From the NCBI GenBank assembly GCA_951406725.2, contig OX597819.1, forward strand, positions 27,590,001 through 27,654,000: a stretch of DNA of 64,000 bases, written 5' to 3'. The notes under the pieces were generated by a model that was not told where the DNA came from, did not search any database, and saw only the letters and a program-made list of their open reading frames with translations. Origin of the DNA: Octopus vulgaris (Eukaryota). Positions within the stretch are counted from its first letter, which is position 1, and every line of letters begins with the position of its first letter. Shown here piece by piece: positions 30,144 through 43,334 of this stretch. The translations under genes and the position numbers were made by a program.

Positions 30144-30187
<44 letters not shown>

Positions 30188-30192
30188 ATATG

Positions 30193-30247
<55 letters not shown>

Positions 30248-30435
30248 ACATGTATATGTATAGCTGTATATGTATAGATGTATTTCTATAGATATACATG
30301 TATATGTATACATGTATGTCTAGATGTATATATATATATAGATGTACATGTAATATATTCACATATATACATGCATACATATATACACCCAGACACACAC
30401 CTCCACCCACCCACACACACACACACACATACACA

Positions 30436-30660
30436 GGTGCAGGTTTGGCTGTGTGCTAACAAACTTGGTTCCAAAACACATGGTCCTCAGTTCAGTCCCA
30501 CTGTGTGGTAACTTGGCATGTGTCTTCTGCTAAAGCCTCAGACCAACCAAAGCCTTGTCAGTGGATTTTGTGGACAGAAACTGAAAGAAAAATCAATTAC
30601 TGGTTTCACAAGAAGAAACTGATAGAATAAGTACCAGGCTTATCAAAATATAAAAACGCA
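30436..30660 (+). mobile_element. SINE family A, divergent and internally deleted
   Basis: ggtgcaggtttggctgtgtg...cagttcagtcccactg...gatagaataagtacc. Confidence 0.7.
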
Positions 30661-30843
30661 CTATGCAGTGTCTCATATTTTTGTTTGCCCACTCAGTTGT
30701 ATCTATCAATTTATCTTTGTGTGTGTGTGTATACATATATATATATATAAATAGATGAGTGTATTTTACCTTGTTCTGTCTATCGCTATACGAATCCATC
30801 ATTTTTTGCTAAAATGTCGTATTGACGAGTTTCGTTTTTTTTC

Positions 30844-30929
30844 ACTTTCCCGAAGAGAAGATTGCATTGTTTATACCTTTTATTCTTTTGAATAGTATCA
30901 GTGGAATTTTCGAAACATATGTAGAAAGT
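30844..30929 (+). ncRNA. Type I hammerhead with long stem II, in a PLE 5' region
   Basis: actttc|CCGAAGA|gaagatt...extended hairpin...aattttc|GAAA|catatg|T|A|gaaagt. Confidence 0.72.
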
Positions 30930-31178
30930 AAAAATACTTGTTTAAACCTGCGTTAACTCCATTTTTTATTCATATTATTCAAAATATTCAACGTAAACAC
31001 GAAGTTTCAACCTTTATAAACAAGGAGTTACAACATCTTTACTTGTGAGATTTTTGCTGCCCTGGTAACTATTTATTTATTTTTCCGTGTTAATTGTTAA
31101 CAAGGTAAAATACACTCATCTATTTATAATACTTTAATCAGGTTTATTAATAACCTGCTAACTGAATAGTTACAGCAT

Positions 31179-31502
31179 ATGGAGTTATTGAATATTAACG
31201 CATCTCTTAAGGACATTCCTATTCCACCTAAGAATATTTTCCTTAAACAACTTGTCAATAAGATTAATTCATTCATCAACCGAATAAGATGGCTTACCTT
31301 TTTCTTTGACAAAAATGACACTCAACAACACACTAATGATAAAACATCTGAGTTCAACAAGTTATTTAAATCTAAAAATAGTCCGCCGCTTAACCCAAGG
31401 TTGAAGCAATTTGAAGATGATCTCTGGTCCATTGTGAGAAATGTAAAATTTCAACGATCACCACTAAGAAATAAACATCTGAAGTATCTTCGCAAATTAT
31501 AA
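31179..31502 (+). pseudogene. N-terminal fragment of a Penelope-like element ORF
   Basis: SLKDIPIP...INRIRW..FF...FKS...PP...LKQFEDDL pattern resembles PLE ORF N-termini; lies 250 bp downstream of a same-strand HHR. Confidence 0.62.
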
Positions 31503-31519
31503 CATACATCATTCACTAA

Positions 31520-31998
31520 TAAGAAGCAGAGTGAGGATTCTGCCTAAGAAAGTCCATCACTCCAAGAAAATGGGCCGACCGCGCATTAACACTGCCAGAA
31601 CCTCGGACCTTACACTGCGAAAATGTTTTACTATTTCTATCAAGGTTGCCCTCAGTAGCTTCCCAAACTCATCTGCTGAAAGTAGGTGGAAGCTTTGTAT
31701 GCGACATCAGTAGATACTTTCGGCATGAGAGAAAGGCAATACCCAGATTGGTTCAGTGCTGTGCTCTCAGAGATGGAAACAGTTATCGAAACGAAGCGTG
31801 CAGCTCTGATGCAATACAAGAGTGATTCTTCTACGAAGTCACCCGAAGAACTCAGAAAGGCAAGAAATAAAACCCAACTGACTTCCAGGCGCTGTGCAAA
31901 TAGGTATTGGCAGGAAATCTGTCAGAGTATCCAGTCAGCTGCTGAGAGCGGCGACACCCATGGGATATATGCCGGTTTGAAGCAGAAATTCAAAAGAT
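31520..31998 (+). mobile_element. RTE-clade LINE fragment (region between endonuclease and RT)
   Basis: KKVHHSK..GRPRIN, PDWF, KRAAL, RRCANRYWQEICQSIQSAAESGD. Confidence 0.75.
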
Positions 31999-32224
31999 AG
32001 TGCTCATGAAAACCGCCCATATCCAACATAACAATACTACGTGCAAAACCAAATATATGACACCCTAGGCATGACACCAACATGAACTTCTAATTTGTCT
32101 CTTGAAGTCACTCGACCAGAAGAAAATTCTAACTGGGCCCCACCTGCAAGTAGTCATGATGGGTATATTGGGCTTCGTATATTTTACTCCACTGTCACTT
32201 TGATGGCATGCACTGCTCTCTCAC

Positions 32225-32320
<96 letters not shown>

Positions 32321-32480
32321 TGGAACCTTAAGACTAAAACAATACCTGTTGTCATAGGTACCCTAGGAATGATAGCAAAAGGGGCTGATTCCAACGTTGC
32401 CCAGATACCAGGAAATCCTAAAATAGCAGAGATTCAAAAGATAGCGCCAATGAGAACTGCCCATATCCTACATAAAATAT
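31998..32480 (+). mobile_element. R4/Dong-type LINE 3' fragments and related tail next to (AAT)n
   Basis: MWNLKTKTIPVVIGTLGMI...EIQK...TAHIL at 32318-32478; 32115-32226 is homologous to the 3' end of the 57518-58074 element and runs into (AAT)n. Confidence 0.65.
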
Positions 32481-32599
32481 TATAACGATTCTACCGCCTA
32501 AATAATAATAGTTATTATTATTAACAATAATAATAATAGTTATTATTTTTTTCCTTCTTTCTTCAAATTTTCTTCCGTTTCTCGCCGAGTGCTTTCCGT

Positions 32600-33135
32600 A
32601 CACCTAGGACAGAGAAGCTCATTGTATGCATTCCCAGATTACACGCGCAAATTCACAGGTAAAATATGTATTTAAAAAATTAATGAATAAATAAATTTAT
32701 GAATGTATGTTGTTTTCACAGCGATAATGCATTTCTCAGTACATAAGTCGTTCCAGTTAACACGATTTTTTGCACTTCTTGTAGGGATGATAAGCCTGGT
32801 ATCATTTTCAAATAGGTTTCAGTACCTTTTTTCATCATTCCTAGAGAACCTACAATCACTGGTACTGTAGTCGCCTTGAGATGCCAGGTTTTTTTCAGTT
32901 TCTATTAGCAAGTCTTTATATATACTGATCTTGTGAAATTCTTTCGCCGCTATATTGTGATCGCAAGGAATACTCATGTCAATTAATAAACACACCTTTT
33001 TTGTCTGATCTCTTATAATAATATCCAGTTTATTAGCTTTTACAGTTTTGTCGGTATGTACGGGGAAGTCCCAAAGAATCGACACATTTTCTCCCTCAGT
33101 CACAGCTTCAGGATGGTGTTTATACCATTTGTCAA
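32600..33135 (-). mobile_element. R4/Dong-type LINE, restriction-like endonuclease domain remnant
   Basis: ILWDFPVHTDKTVKANKLDIII...LIDMSIP...KE..K..YKDL. Confidence 0.8.
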
Positions 33136-33162
33136 CGTATTATTATTAATATTATTATTATT

Positions 33163-33195
<33 letters not shown>

Positions 33196-35275
33196 GCTGT
33201 TGTAACCATTGTCTACGTCATCGTTCTCATCAACACCATCATTTCTGCCACCAACACCACCACCATCACGATGATAATGATATTCGTGGTGAAGGTAATA
33301 TTTACTGATATTAATTTATCTAATGGCCATAGTAGTTGCTAATTAAACTGATTCATCAACGATACTCGATGCTGGAAGGTTTCTCAAAGAGCCTCAGGCA
33401 GTGAGGATGGAGAAGGTGAAGAAGAAGAAGGAGGGGCGATGAGGAAGGGCAGTGAGGAGGAGAGGCAGTGAGGAGGAGGAGCAGAGGGGTGGATGGGGCA
33501 GGGAGGTGGAGGGGCAGGGAGGAGGAAGAGGAGCAAGGAGGAGGAGAAGCTGAGGGGGAAGAAAGGGAGAACAACAACAATAACAACTACAACGTCCACA
33601 ATAACAACAACAATGTCTATAACAACAGCAACAACAACGACAACAACTTACAACATCCTGTTATTAAGATTCTGTCAGCTTTTACCCCGAAGATAATATG
33701 AAGATTGTCGCAATGTCCGTGATGGTAGCCGCTACTTTGCGGGAATCTAAATCAAATCTCTACTTGCTAGGTGACAGGAGCTATGTGACAAACAGACAGG
33801 CGTAGGAGCCAACGAAGATACCGCTTTGTGGTCGTTCGATCGGCTAGAAATAAATGACAAATCTCCCTAATCTCACATCATATCGCTTTAAATATAACTA
33901 CAGACGAGTCATTCTCGACTCTCGCGTAACGCACGTGACAGTCAGAGACACAAGTTATGAAATATCTAAGATCAATCTTGAACACTAGCAAGAATTGTAT
34001 TGATTCATTTTTCACAATAAAGATTGCCTGCTCAGGAAAGTATCAAGTACTTTTTTTTTTTTGAGCAGCATAAAAAGCCCTCATGGTGTTAGTTTTTAAC
34101 CAATTACCCCCAAATATATTTATTCACGCCGACGTTATACCCTTGATTTGAAAGAAGAAAATCATAGATTTTTTGAATTCAAAAGGATCATTGAATCTAT
34201 TTATATAGAGAATATAATTATAAATATAAAAAGTACAAAACAAATGCAATAAAATAAATTAATATCTTCATTATGAAACAAAAAGATTTTTCTAGAAACT
34301 TTTTTACTTCAGGTTTTGGAGAAATGATGTTTCATTTTTGTTACAATTACATCAGAATTGGAGCATTTTGATGCCAGATTAATTTGGATGCAGCTTTCGG
34401 GGTCCAATCGATTTCGTTAAAGGGCTGAATTTAATAACTACATAAATCCATTTAAATAAAGCAAAAATACGTGTGTCAAAAAGTAAGGTTAAGACGGGTG
34501 GTAGACAACTGACGAATAATAGTCACTTAACATCGCTTCAGCAACCAAATTGTTTGTAGTTCAAAATGAATTGACGTCTCCTAAGTACGTCCGTTACATT
34601 GGACAAATGCAGTGTTGCAAGAAGAAAAAAATTTGTCGTTACAAGGAACAGGGTTTTTTTTATATCATTTTACTTATGTCCAATGAATCCGCATTACCCC
34701 ACAACAATTTCACTTTTACCCCACTTGGAATAATTTACCCCGGTTCACCGACCTTTGGTTTACATTGACCTTGAAATTTTTGACAGGTTATAATAGTGAT
34801 TATTCTCGGCATTCTAAAATTTTTGGAAACCTGTTTTGGTTTAACTTTCATGACAATGGCCTCGATACACTATGCCGGAAAATACGATGGAATAGTCAAG
34901 TCTATAATGGCTTTAATCAGGAATCTGCTAAACAGCAACAGTGACGAAAATTGGACTAGATTTCCGGACAGCCCAAGATTGAATATCTGCAGAAGCCGCC
35001 ATCTTTAACTTGTGGTTACTTTTGTTCTTGTGCTTATGTGTAGGTATGTGTGCGTGTTTGTGCATTTCTGCATCTGCTGTGTGCACTTTTATGTATGCTT
35101 TCATATGTATTGCTGAGAATATGTGTAATCAGGCGTGTTTGTGCGCATGTATGTTTATAAATGTTTGGGCATGTATGCGTGTATGTGTGTGCTAGCGAGA
35201 AACTGAGAGAAATTCTATAAGTGTACGTGCGTATATCTGCATGCGAGTACATGTGCGTTCATGAGTGTATGTATG

Positions 35276-35357
<82 letters not shown>

Positions 35358-35435
35358 CATACATACATATATGCATATATATATATACACACACACACAT
35401 TACATACATATATATATATATATACATAGATCCAT

Positions 35436-35475
<40 letters not shown>

Positions 35476-35772
35476 TCTTTTACTTGTTTTACTTGTTTCA
35501 GTCATTTTAACCGCAGCCATGCTGGAGCACCCCCATAAAGGGTTTTGTCGAAGAAATCGACACCAGGACTTATTCTTCTGTAAGTCTAGTACTCATTTTT
35601 TCGTTCTCTTTTGCCGAACCGCTAAGTTACGGGGACGTTAACACACCGACACCGTTTATCAAGCGGTTGTGGAGGGACAAATACAGTGACTCATGGAAAT
35701 ATACATACATACATACATACACACATACATACATACATACATACATACACACATACATACATATACACATAC

Positions 35773-35848
<76 letters not shown>

Positions 35849-35888
35849 ATTTACACACACATATATATATATACACACATATATATAT

Positions 35889-35924
<36 letters not shown>

Positions 35925-36088
35925 GGGTGTGTGTGATTGTGTATAGAAGAATATATTAATAAAAAGAATTCCAACCTTGTCTGATTTTCACGTTTTATTT
36001 ACAATCTTATAATGATATATTATAAGATAATATATTATAATTGAATAAAATAAAATGAAATAGTAGAATGTTAAATATTCATTCTGAT

Positions 36089-36133
36089 TGAACTAGTACT
36101 TTCATGCATTGAATTCTGCAATCTTCGGGTTCA
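36089..36133 (-). ncRNA. Hammerhead ribozyme in the PLE 3' pseudo-LTR
   Basis: tgaac|CCGAAGA|t tgca gaattcaa tgca t|GAAA|gtac|T|A|gttca. Confidence 0.72.
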
Positions 36134-36627
36134 TGTAGTAGTGTTGACAGTCATGCTTCACAATTTTTGACTGTAGCAAGATGAGTGATTCTGTGCTATA
36201 AATACAGCTGGGTAGGCTCCAGAGTGCTAGGTTTTGCAAACTGTATTCTGACCAATCAGTGTGTAGTATCACTCAATTACTTAAGCTGATTGGTTGGTTG
36301 AGCTGATTGGTTTAGGCATCACGCTTTGTTGGACAGGTCAAGAGTCCTGTATCTTGACCCTGGCCGAAGCAGCAATCGTTGGGTTATTTTTAGAAATGTT
36401 GTAAATATCCTTTGTCAGAGATTTTTATATTTTTATATTTCAATTGTCATCATCATCATTGTCAGCACCTTAATTATTGTTGCTAGTGGTGATGGTGGTG
36501 GCAATAGAACTTTTAACCCTAAATAAGATAATTTTCCTGCTATCTTCGTCTTGATCACCTTTAGTATTGTTGTTGTTGTTAGTGGTCATGGTCGTAGCAG
36601 TGGAAGTAATACCTCTAAGTATTATTA

Positions 36628-38352
36628 TTATTGCTTATTCAGCTTGGGTTCGAATTTATCAATAAAATTCTTTTCTCTGATTTTCCTCTCGATTTCACTT
36701 GGGCTGTGTAATTTGTAGAATGGAAATATTATATATATTTTCCGACCACATGTTGCTAGGTGGTTACTCAAAGGTATCTGACGGACCTCTGGGTCTCTAA
36801 TCTGTTGCCGGTGTACACGTGAGCGTTCTAATAGTGCGTTTCCCGTCTGACCTACATATATTTCTTCACAATTTGGGCATTTGATGCAGTAAATTAAATT
36901 TCTGCTTTTGCAGTTCATATTCGCGTTTGTGAATATTTTCCCGGTTTTTGTGTTTATATATTGACCGGTATGTATGAATTGGCATGTGCCACATCGGCTA
37001 TCATTGCATTTAGATACCGTGAATGTTTGGTCTTTGTTGCTGAGGTCAAATTTTGCCTTTGTTAGTAATGTTTTCAAGTTTTTAGGCTGTCTTTTACTAA
37101 GCACCATAGCTCGATCCTTGATTATGTCTTTTAATTCATTACTTTGGGCAATGATTGGAAGGTTTGCTTTGGCAATGTTGAAGATATTCTGGTGACATGG
37201 GTTGTGTGTCACTATGAATGGTATGACTTGTTCTTGTTTTCCTCTTCCTTGGGTTGTCCTAAGTTGTTGTATAGGTATTTTTATAGCCCGCTGTATGCCA
37301 TTTTCTATAAGTAGAGATGGGTATTTTTGTTTGAGCAAAAATTCTCTTAGTTCTATTAGGCGTTTGTTCCTGATATTTGCATCTTCTACAATAGTACAAA
37401 TTCTTCTGGCTAGGCAGTATGGGATGTTACGTTTTGTATGCGGTGGATGGCACGACTTAAAATTTAGGTATTGATGTGTGTCTGTGTGTTTATAGTATAT
37501 ATCTGTGGTGATGGTGGTGTCTTTTTTAATTACCATTATATCCAGGAATGGTAATTTGGTACTACTCATCTCCTTTGTAAATTTGAGAGATGGGTGTAGG
37601 TTGTTCAGGAGGATATTGAACTCTTCCAGAGTATTTAGAGATTCTGTCCAGATTATGAAACAGTCGTCTAGGTATCTCTTCCATGCCTTTTCAATATACT
37701 TTCTAAATCCAGTGCCATAGTTTACCTCCACCTCTTGGTAGAGTTGTTCTTCTAAGTACCCCATTACAGAGTTGGCGTAAACGGGAGCAAACCTCGTTCC
37801 CATCGCCGTGCCTCTAATTTGGATGTAATTCTTTCCATTGAAGAAGAATGTGTTATTTTCTAGAATAAGTTTGACTGTGTCTAATATAAATGGCACTGTG
37901 AATCTGCTGGGAATCACTTCTCTATGTTTTTCTAACCAGTATTTAATCGCCTTTATTCCTAAATCGTGTGGAATATTGGTGTAGAGGCTTACCACATCAA
38001 AACTTAGCAAAACTGAATTTGTTTCTGTTGTTTTGGGAAGATGGGACAGGAAGTCGATGTCATCCCTGATGAAACTTGGTATGTAAGTACATAGTGGTTT
38101 CAAAACAATGTCAATAAAATTGCTTAGACGGTGTGTAGGGCATGCTGGACCAGCTATAATAGGTCTAAGTTTTAGGTCTTTTGGATGTAATAATTTTATG
38201 TACTCACTTTCTTGTTCTTTTACTGCCTGTTGAATGTTTTTTGATTTGTGTATTTTTGGTAAGCCGTAAAAGTTGCTGGGTTTTGGTTCAAAATTGGTGA
38301 TGTAGTCTTTTTCATTATCCGTAAGTGAGTTGTGGTGTGTTGAAATCAGGTT
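36628..38352 (-). CDS. PLE reverse transcriptase plus GIY-YIG endonuclease (5'-truncated, no internal stops)
   Basis: FYGLPKIHK, LRPII, SFDVVSLYTNIP, GTAMGTRFAP, RYLDD, FLD, YYKHT; Cys linker CNDSRCGTC; NLIYCIKCPNC..IYVGQT...H...H. The first ~32 aa of the tracked ORF derive from captured host DNA. Confidence 0.93.
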   Translation of the reverse strand, partial: NLISTHHNSLTDNEKDYITNFEPKPSNFYGLPKIHKSKNIQQAVKEQESEYIKLLHPKDLKLRPIIAGPACPTHRLSNFIDIVLKPLCTYIPSFIRDDIDFLSHLPKTTETNSVLLSFDVVSLYTNIPHDLGIKAIKYWLEKHREVIPSRFTVPFILDTVKLILENNTFFFNGKNYIQIRGTAMGTRFAPVYANSVMGYLEEQLYQEVEVNYGTGFRKYIEKAWKRYLDDCFIIWTESLNTLEEFNILLNNLHPSLKFTKEMSSTKLPFLDIMVIKKDTTITTDIYYKHTDTHQYLNFKSCHPPHTKRNIPYCLARRICTIVEDANIRNKRLIELREFLLKQKYPSLLIENGIQRAIKIPIQQLRTTQGRGKQEQVIPFIVTHNPCHQNIFNIAKANLPIIAQSNELKDIIKDRAMVLSKRQPKNLKTLLTKAKFDLSNKDQTFTVSKCNDSRCGTCQFIHTGQYINTKTGKIFTNANMNCKSRNLIYCIKCPNCEEIYVGQTGNALLERSRVHRQQIRDPEVRQIPLSNHLATCGRKIYIIFPFYKLHSPSEIERKIREKNFIDKFEPKLNKQ

Positions 38353-38514
38353 GTGTGTGTGTGTATGTGTGTGTGTGTATAAACATCTACACGCAGACAA
38401 ATAGACACACACTTGCACAAACGCATATGCTAGCATACGAGTACACATTCACAAACACATATACAAATGCAAGTATATACGCGCACTTAAATACAAATAC
38501 TAATATACATAAAC
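38352..38514. repeat. 163-bp inverted copy of host sequence 40298-40460
   Basis: Reverse-complement match, with position sum 78812 at both ends. Confidence 0.92.
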
Positions 38515-39999
38515 ACCGCATACAAAACGTAACATCCCATACTGCCTAGCCAGAAGAATTTGTACTATTGTAGAAGATGCAAATATCAGGAACAAACGCC
38601 TAATAGAACTAAGAGAATTTTTGCTCAAACAAAAATACCCATCTCTACTTATAGAAAATGGCATACAGCGGGCTATAAAAATACCTATACAACAACTTAG
38701 GACAACCCAAGGAAGAGGAAAACAAGAACAAGTCATACCATTCATAGTGACACACAACCCATGTCACCAGAATATCTTCAACATTGCCAAAGCAAACCTT
38801 CCAATCATTGCCCAAAGTAATGAATTAAAAGACATAATCAAGGATCGAGCTATGGTGCTTAGTAAAAGACAGCCTAAAAACTTGAAAACATTACTAACAA
38901 AGGCAAAATTTGACCTCAGCAACAAAGACCAAACATTCACGGTATCTAAATGCAATGATAGCCGATGTGGCACATGCCAATTCATACATACCGGTCAATA
39001 TATAAACACAAAAACCGGGAAAATATTCACAAACGCGAATATGAACTGCAAAAGCAGAAATTTAATTTACTGCATCAAATGCCCAAATTGTGAAGAAATA
39101 TATGTAGGTCAGACGGGAAACGCACTATTAGAACGCTCACGTGTACACCGGCAACAGATTAGAGACCCAGAGGTCCGTCAGATACCTTTGAGTAACCACC
39201 TAGCAACATGTGGTCGGAAAATATATATAATATTTCCATTCTACAAATTACACAGCCCAAGTGAAATCGAGAGGAAAATCAGAGAAAAGAATTTTATTGA
39301 TAAATTCGAACCCAAGCTGAATAAGCAATAATAATAATACTTAGAGGTATTACTTCCACTGCTACGACCATGACCACTAACAACAACAACAATACTAAAG
39401 GTGATCAAGACGAAGATAGCAGGAAAATTATCTTATTTAGGGTTAAAAGTTCTATTGCCACCACCATCACCACTAGCAACAATAATTAAGGTGCTGACAA
39501 TGATGATGATGACAATTGAAATATAAAAATATAAAAATCTCTGACAAAGGATATTTACAACATTTCTAAAAATAACCCAACGATTGCTGCTTCGGCCAGG
39601 GTCAAGATACAGGACTCTTGACCTGTCCAACAAAGCGTGATGCCTAAACCAATCAGCTCAACCAACCAATCAGCTTAAGTAATTGAGTGATACTACACAC
39701 TGATTGGTCAGAATACAGTTTGCAAAACCTAGCACTCTGGAGCCTACCCAGCTGTATTTATAGCACAGAATCACTCATCTTGCTACAGTCAAAAATTGTG
39801 AAGCATGACTGTCAACACTACTACATGAACTCGAAGATTGCAGAATTCAATGCATGAAAGTACTAGTTCAATCAGAATGAATATTTAACATTCTACTATT
39901 TCATTTTATTTTATTCAATTATAATATATTATCTTATAATATATCATTATAAGATTGTAAATAAAACGTGAAAATCAGACAAGGTTGGAATTCTTTTTA

Positions 40000-40008
<9 letters not shown>
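38514..40008 (+). mobile_element. Second, shorter PLE copy, an inverted duplicate of 35951-37445
   Basis: Mirror coordinates sum to 75959 throughout; encodes an identical C-terminal 236+ aa (stop at 39331). Confidence 0.95.
39826..39870 (+). ncRNA. Hammerhead motif of the second PLE copy (C3U change)
   Basis: tgaac|TCGAAGA|ttgca gaattcaa tgcat|GAAA|gtac|T|A|gttca. Confidence 0.62.
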
Positions 40009-40060
<52 letters not shown>

Positions 40061-40461
40061 GACGGTCGTCTTTTTTCAGTTTCCGTTTACCAAATCCACT
40101 CAGAAGGTTTTGGTCGCTCGAGGCTGTAGTAGGAGACACTTGCCCAAGGGCCCAAGGGCCCAAGGGGTGCCATGCAGTGCGACAGAACCCGGAACTGTGT
40201 GGTTAGGAAGCACGTTTCTTACCATATCTGTAAGTGTATCTCCGTGTTTTTAAAGCCTGTGTTAGCATGTGTGTGCTACGCTTGCTTGTGCTTTTGAGTT
40301 TATGTATATTAGTATTTGTATTTAAGTGCGCGTATATACTTGCATTTGTATATGTGTTTGTGAATGTGTACTCGTATGCTAGCATATGCGTTTGTGCAAG
40401 TGTGTGTCTATTTGTCTGCGTGTAGATGTTTATACACACACACACATACACACACACACAT

Positions 40462-40526
<65 letters not shown>

Positions 40527-40540
40527 TATATACCTATATA

Positions 40541-40885
<345 letters not shown>

Positions 40886-40904
40886 ATGTATATATATATA
40901 TATG

Positions 40905-40938
<34 letters not shown>

Positions 40939-41659
40939 TGTATGTATGTATGTATGTATGTATGTATGTATGTATTACGTTTTGGGATTTGGTTTGCAAG
41001 ATTCTTAATGTGAGTTCGTGTGTTGTGTGCTTGCATATTCATATAAACTTGTGTTTGTGCATTCGCACATGCCTGTATGTATATGTTTATACGTTTATGA
41101 ATATATGGCTATGTGTTTCTGCCGATGTGTTTGTGTCTATTTAATAAATGGATTCCAAAGAATTTGTAATGTATTTTTAAGTAATGTTAATGATAACTTA
41201 ATTTGTCATGAAATATTACAGTTACCATTTAAATGAGAGATCTAAGTGGATATGTCAGCAGTCATTTTTTCCACTAATCTGATTTTGCTTTAAGATTTAT
41301 TCTTGCATCGTCGGTCTTTGTTATGCAACTTCTACCGGAAGTAAAATAACACATATGATGGATCTCGCGTCAAATTTAACGTCCAGTTCTCCAGCTAGAA
41401 ACAGATTAAACATTAACCAAAGTAGGCACGTGCCTTGAGCACCAGGGGAAGGGAGAACCACCGAGTTCGTTTTCTTTTTCTTTTTTTTTTCTTCCACTGC
41501 CGGATTTACGATGTGAAAATAGTGAATTATAAATGTTGATAATTCAGGCGAGGTTGTTTTGTTTTGTTTTGTGTTATTTTGTTTCGTTATTTATGAGTCA
41601 ATAATTTATCTTGTTTATTGGTATTTAGTGTTAAATAAATAAATTAAATTTTTAAAAGT

Positions 41660-41703
<44 letters not shown>

Positions 41704-41809
41704 TAGAGATTTTGTTTAGTCTGGTCTCACCTGGCCTGGAAGAGAAGAGAATTTTTAACTAGGTATATATCTCATATTTGCTAAATTTAGAGAAAAGAGC
41801 AATACCCAT

Positions 41810-42500
41810 GCCATTTGCAGCCCCCCCCCCCATCCAAACCGATGAGCTTGATGTTTTTTATGATTCTAATTAATCTACTGCAGGAAAGACATGAACAGGG
41901 AAGCATTTCCAGAGGGATGATGTTCCAGTGAAGAAGGACCGGTCATAGGAATTAGTGTGGTGTGAGATTTGGACTTTCATCAAGAGTGATAAAAGTTGAG
42001 TGATGGGTAGACTGGAGGTGTCTGTCTAAAAGAGGAGGTATGATATCAGCTATTTCTGAGGAAGTATTCTAGTGGCAAGGCCAACCAGCTCTGTGTGATA
42101 GAGGTCATTAGTTCACGTGTGTAAAGCGATCCTGCTGCTGTACACACAAACATCCTAGGCCGTATCCAGAAGTGGAATATCCGACTGATTGGTGTAAAGT
42201 CATTCACAGACTTGTTCCAGCCCCTCACTCACAGACGCACTGGCTCATCCCTCTGCTGTTTCTACTGCCACTGTAATGGCCTCAACTCATTAGAACTGGT
42301 TGTCCTCATATCACTCCACATAGGTATTTCCAATATATGTGACTCTCGTCACCCTTGATGTGTCTAACTCTCAAACAGGCCCCACACTAATAACTAAACC
42401 CGTTTCTTTCGTCCTGGAACGTCGGCCCCCTGGAATTCTGTCCTTACCCAAGTGTTTTCCGCGGGATTTGTTTCAAGACGAAAATATATGGCATTAATTT
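41810..42500. mobile_element. Highly decayed CR1/L2-group LINE 3' fragments in opposite orientations
   Basis: Residual RIQK...LIG...QPLTHRR...FY reading on plus at about 42150-42290; a homologous 3' region on minus at about 41810-42000. Confidence 0.45.
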
Positions 42501-42802
42501 CACGGGATCGATATCATTAATCTTCCGCTTAAAGACTTCAGAAAGACTGCAAATGTCATGGATACTACCACTTCCTCCAAACCTAGCATCTCTTATAGAC
42601 AAGACGAATATTGCAGTTTAGAAGCCTATCAACGATATGTCAGCTTTAAGTACGATCGACAGATTGCTGTTTTCAACTAATACTGCCTCTGTTGTTCATA
42701 ATGAATTTTTATTCAACCTTCCAATTACTTGTGATATCAGTGATATTCAGTCACTGTTTTACTATAACATCGGTGGCTGATTTTGTCTTACATATACTTA
42801 CC

Positions 42803-43030
42803 TATTTCTTTACTACCCACAAGGGGCTAAACACAGAGGGGATAAACAAGGACGGACAAACGGATTAAGTCAATTATATCGACCCCAGTGCGTAACTGGT
42901 ACTTATTTAATCGACCCCGAAAGGATGAAAGGCAAAGTCGACCTTGGCGGAATTTGAACCCAGAACGTAGTAGCAGACGAAATACCACTAAGCATTTCGC
43001 ACGGCGTGCTAACGATTCTGCCAGCTCACT
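42803..43030 (-). mobile_element. SINE family B, full length
   Basis: Close match to 49426-49655; cttacatatactta occurs on both flanks as a probable TSD. Confidence 0.9.
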
Positions 43031-43207
43031 GTCTTACATATACTTACCAGTGGATACCTGCTAATGACAAAACGCAAAGAGGCAGAAATATGTATTTAGC
43101 AATGCCACCACCGCTGCTGGACGATTTCCATTTGCTATGATATATTACTTTGTTTTTTAATGCTATAAGAGATTCTTTCTCGAAACGAATCCCATAGTTT
43201 ATCAGCC

Positions 43208-43334
43208 TTTCAACGGTACATCTACTTTAAGTATAATACATATATTGCTATTTTGAACTAATACTGTTTCTTTCAACGGTACATCTACTTTAAGTATAAT
43301 ACACATATTGCTATTTTGAACTAATACTGTTTCT
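43208..43334. repeat. 63-bp tandem duplication inside an unclassified dispersed repeat
   Basis: tttcaacggtacatctactttaagtataatac...ctgtttct x2. Confidence 0.85.

Larger units (their letters stand above)
35951..38352 (-). mobile_element. Penelope-like retroelement (Neptune-type), 5'-truncated, long copy
   Basis: Uninterrupted RT plus GIY-YIG ORF, about 680 bp of 3' region with an HHR, ending in taatatat. Confidence 0.95.
35475..40225 (-). mobile_element. SINE family A split by the PLE insertion
   Basis: 3' half at 35475-35690 and 5' half at about 40058-40225, same strand, correct order. Confidence 0.8.

Noticed and set aside
38353-38448. N-terminus of the 606-aa ORF as the real PLE start
   Set aside because: It is encoded by the captured host spacer and has no true ATG context.
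41729-41765. acctgg-cctggaaga...gaa...ctaggt as a hammerhead
   Set aside because: No stem II and no GAAA.
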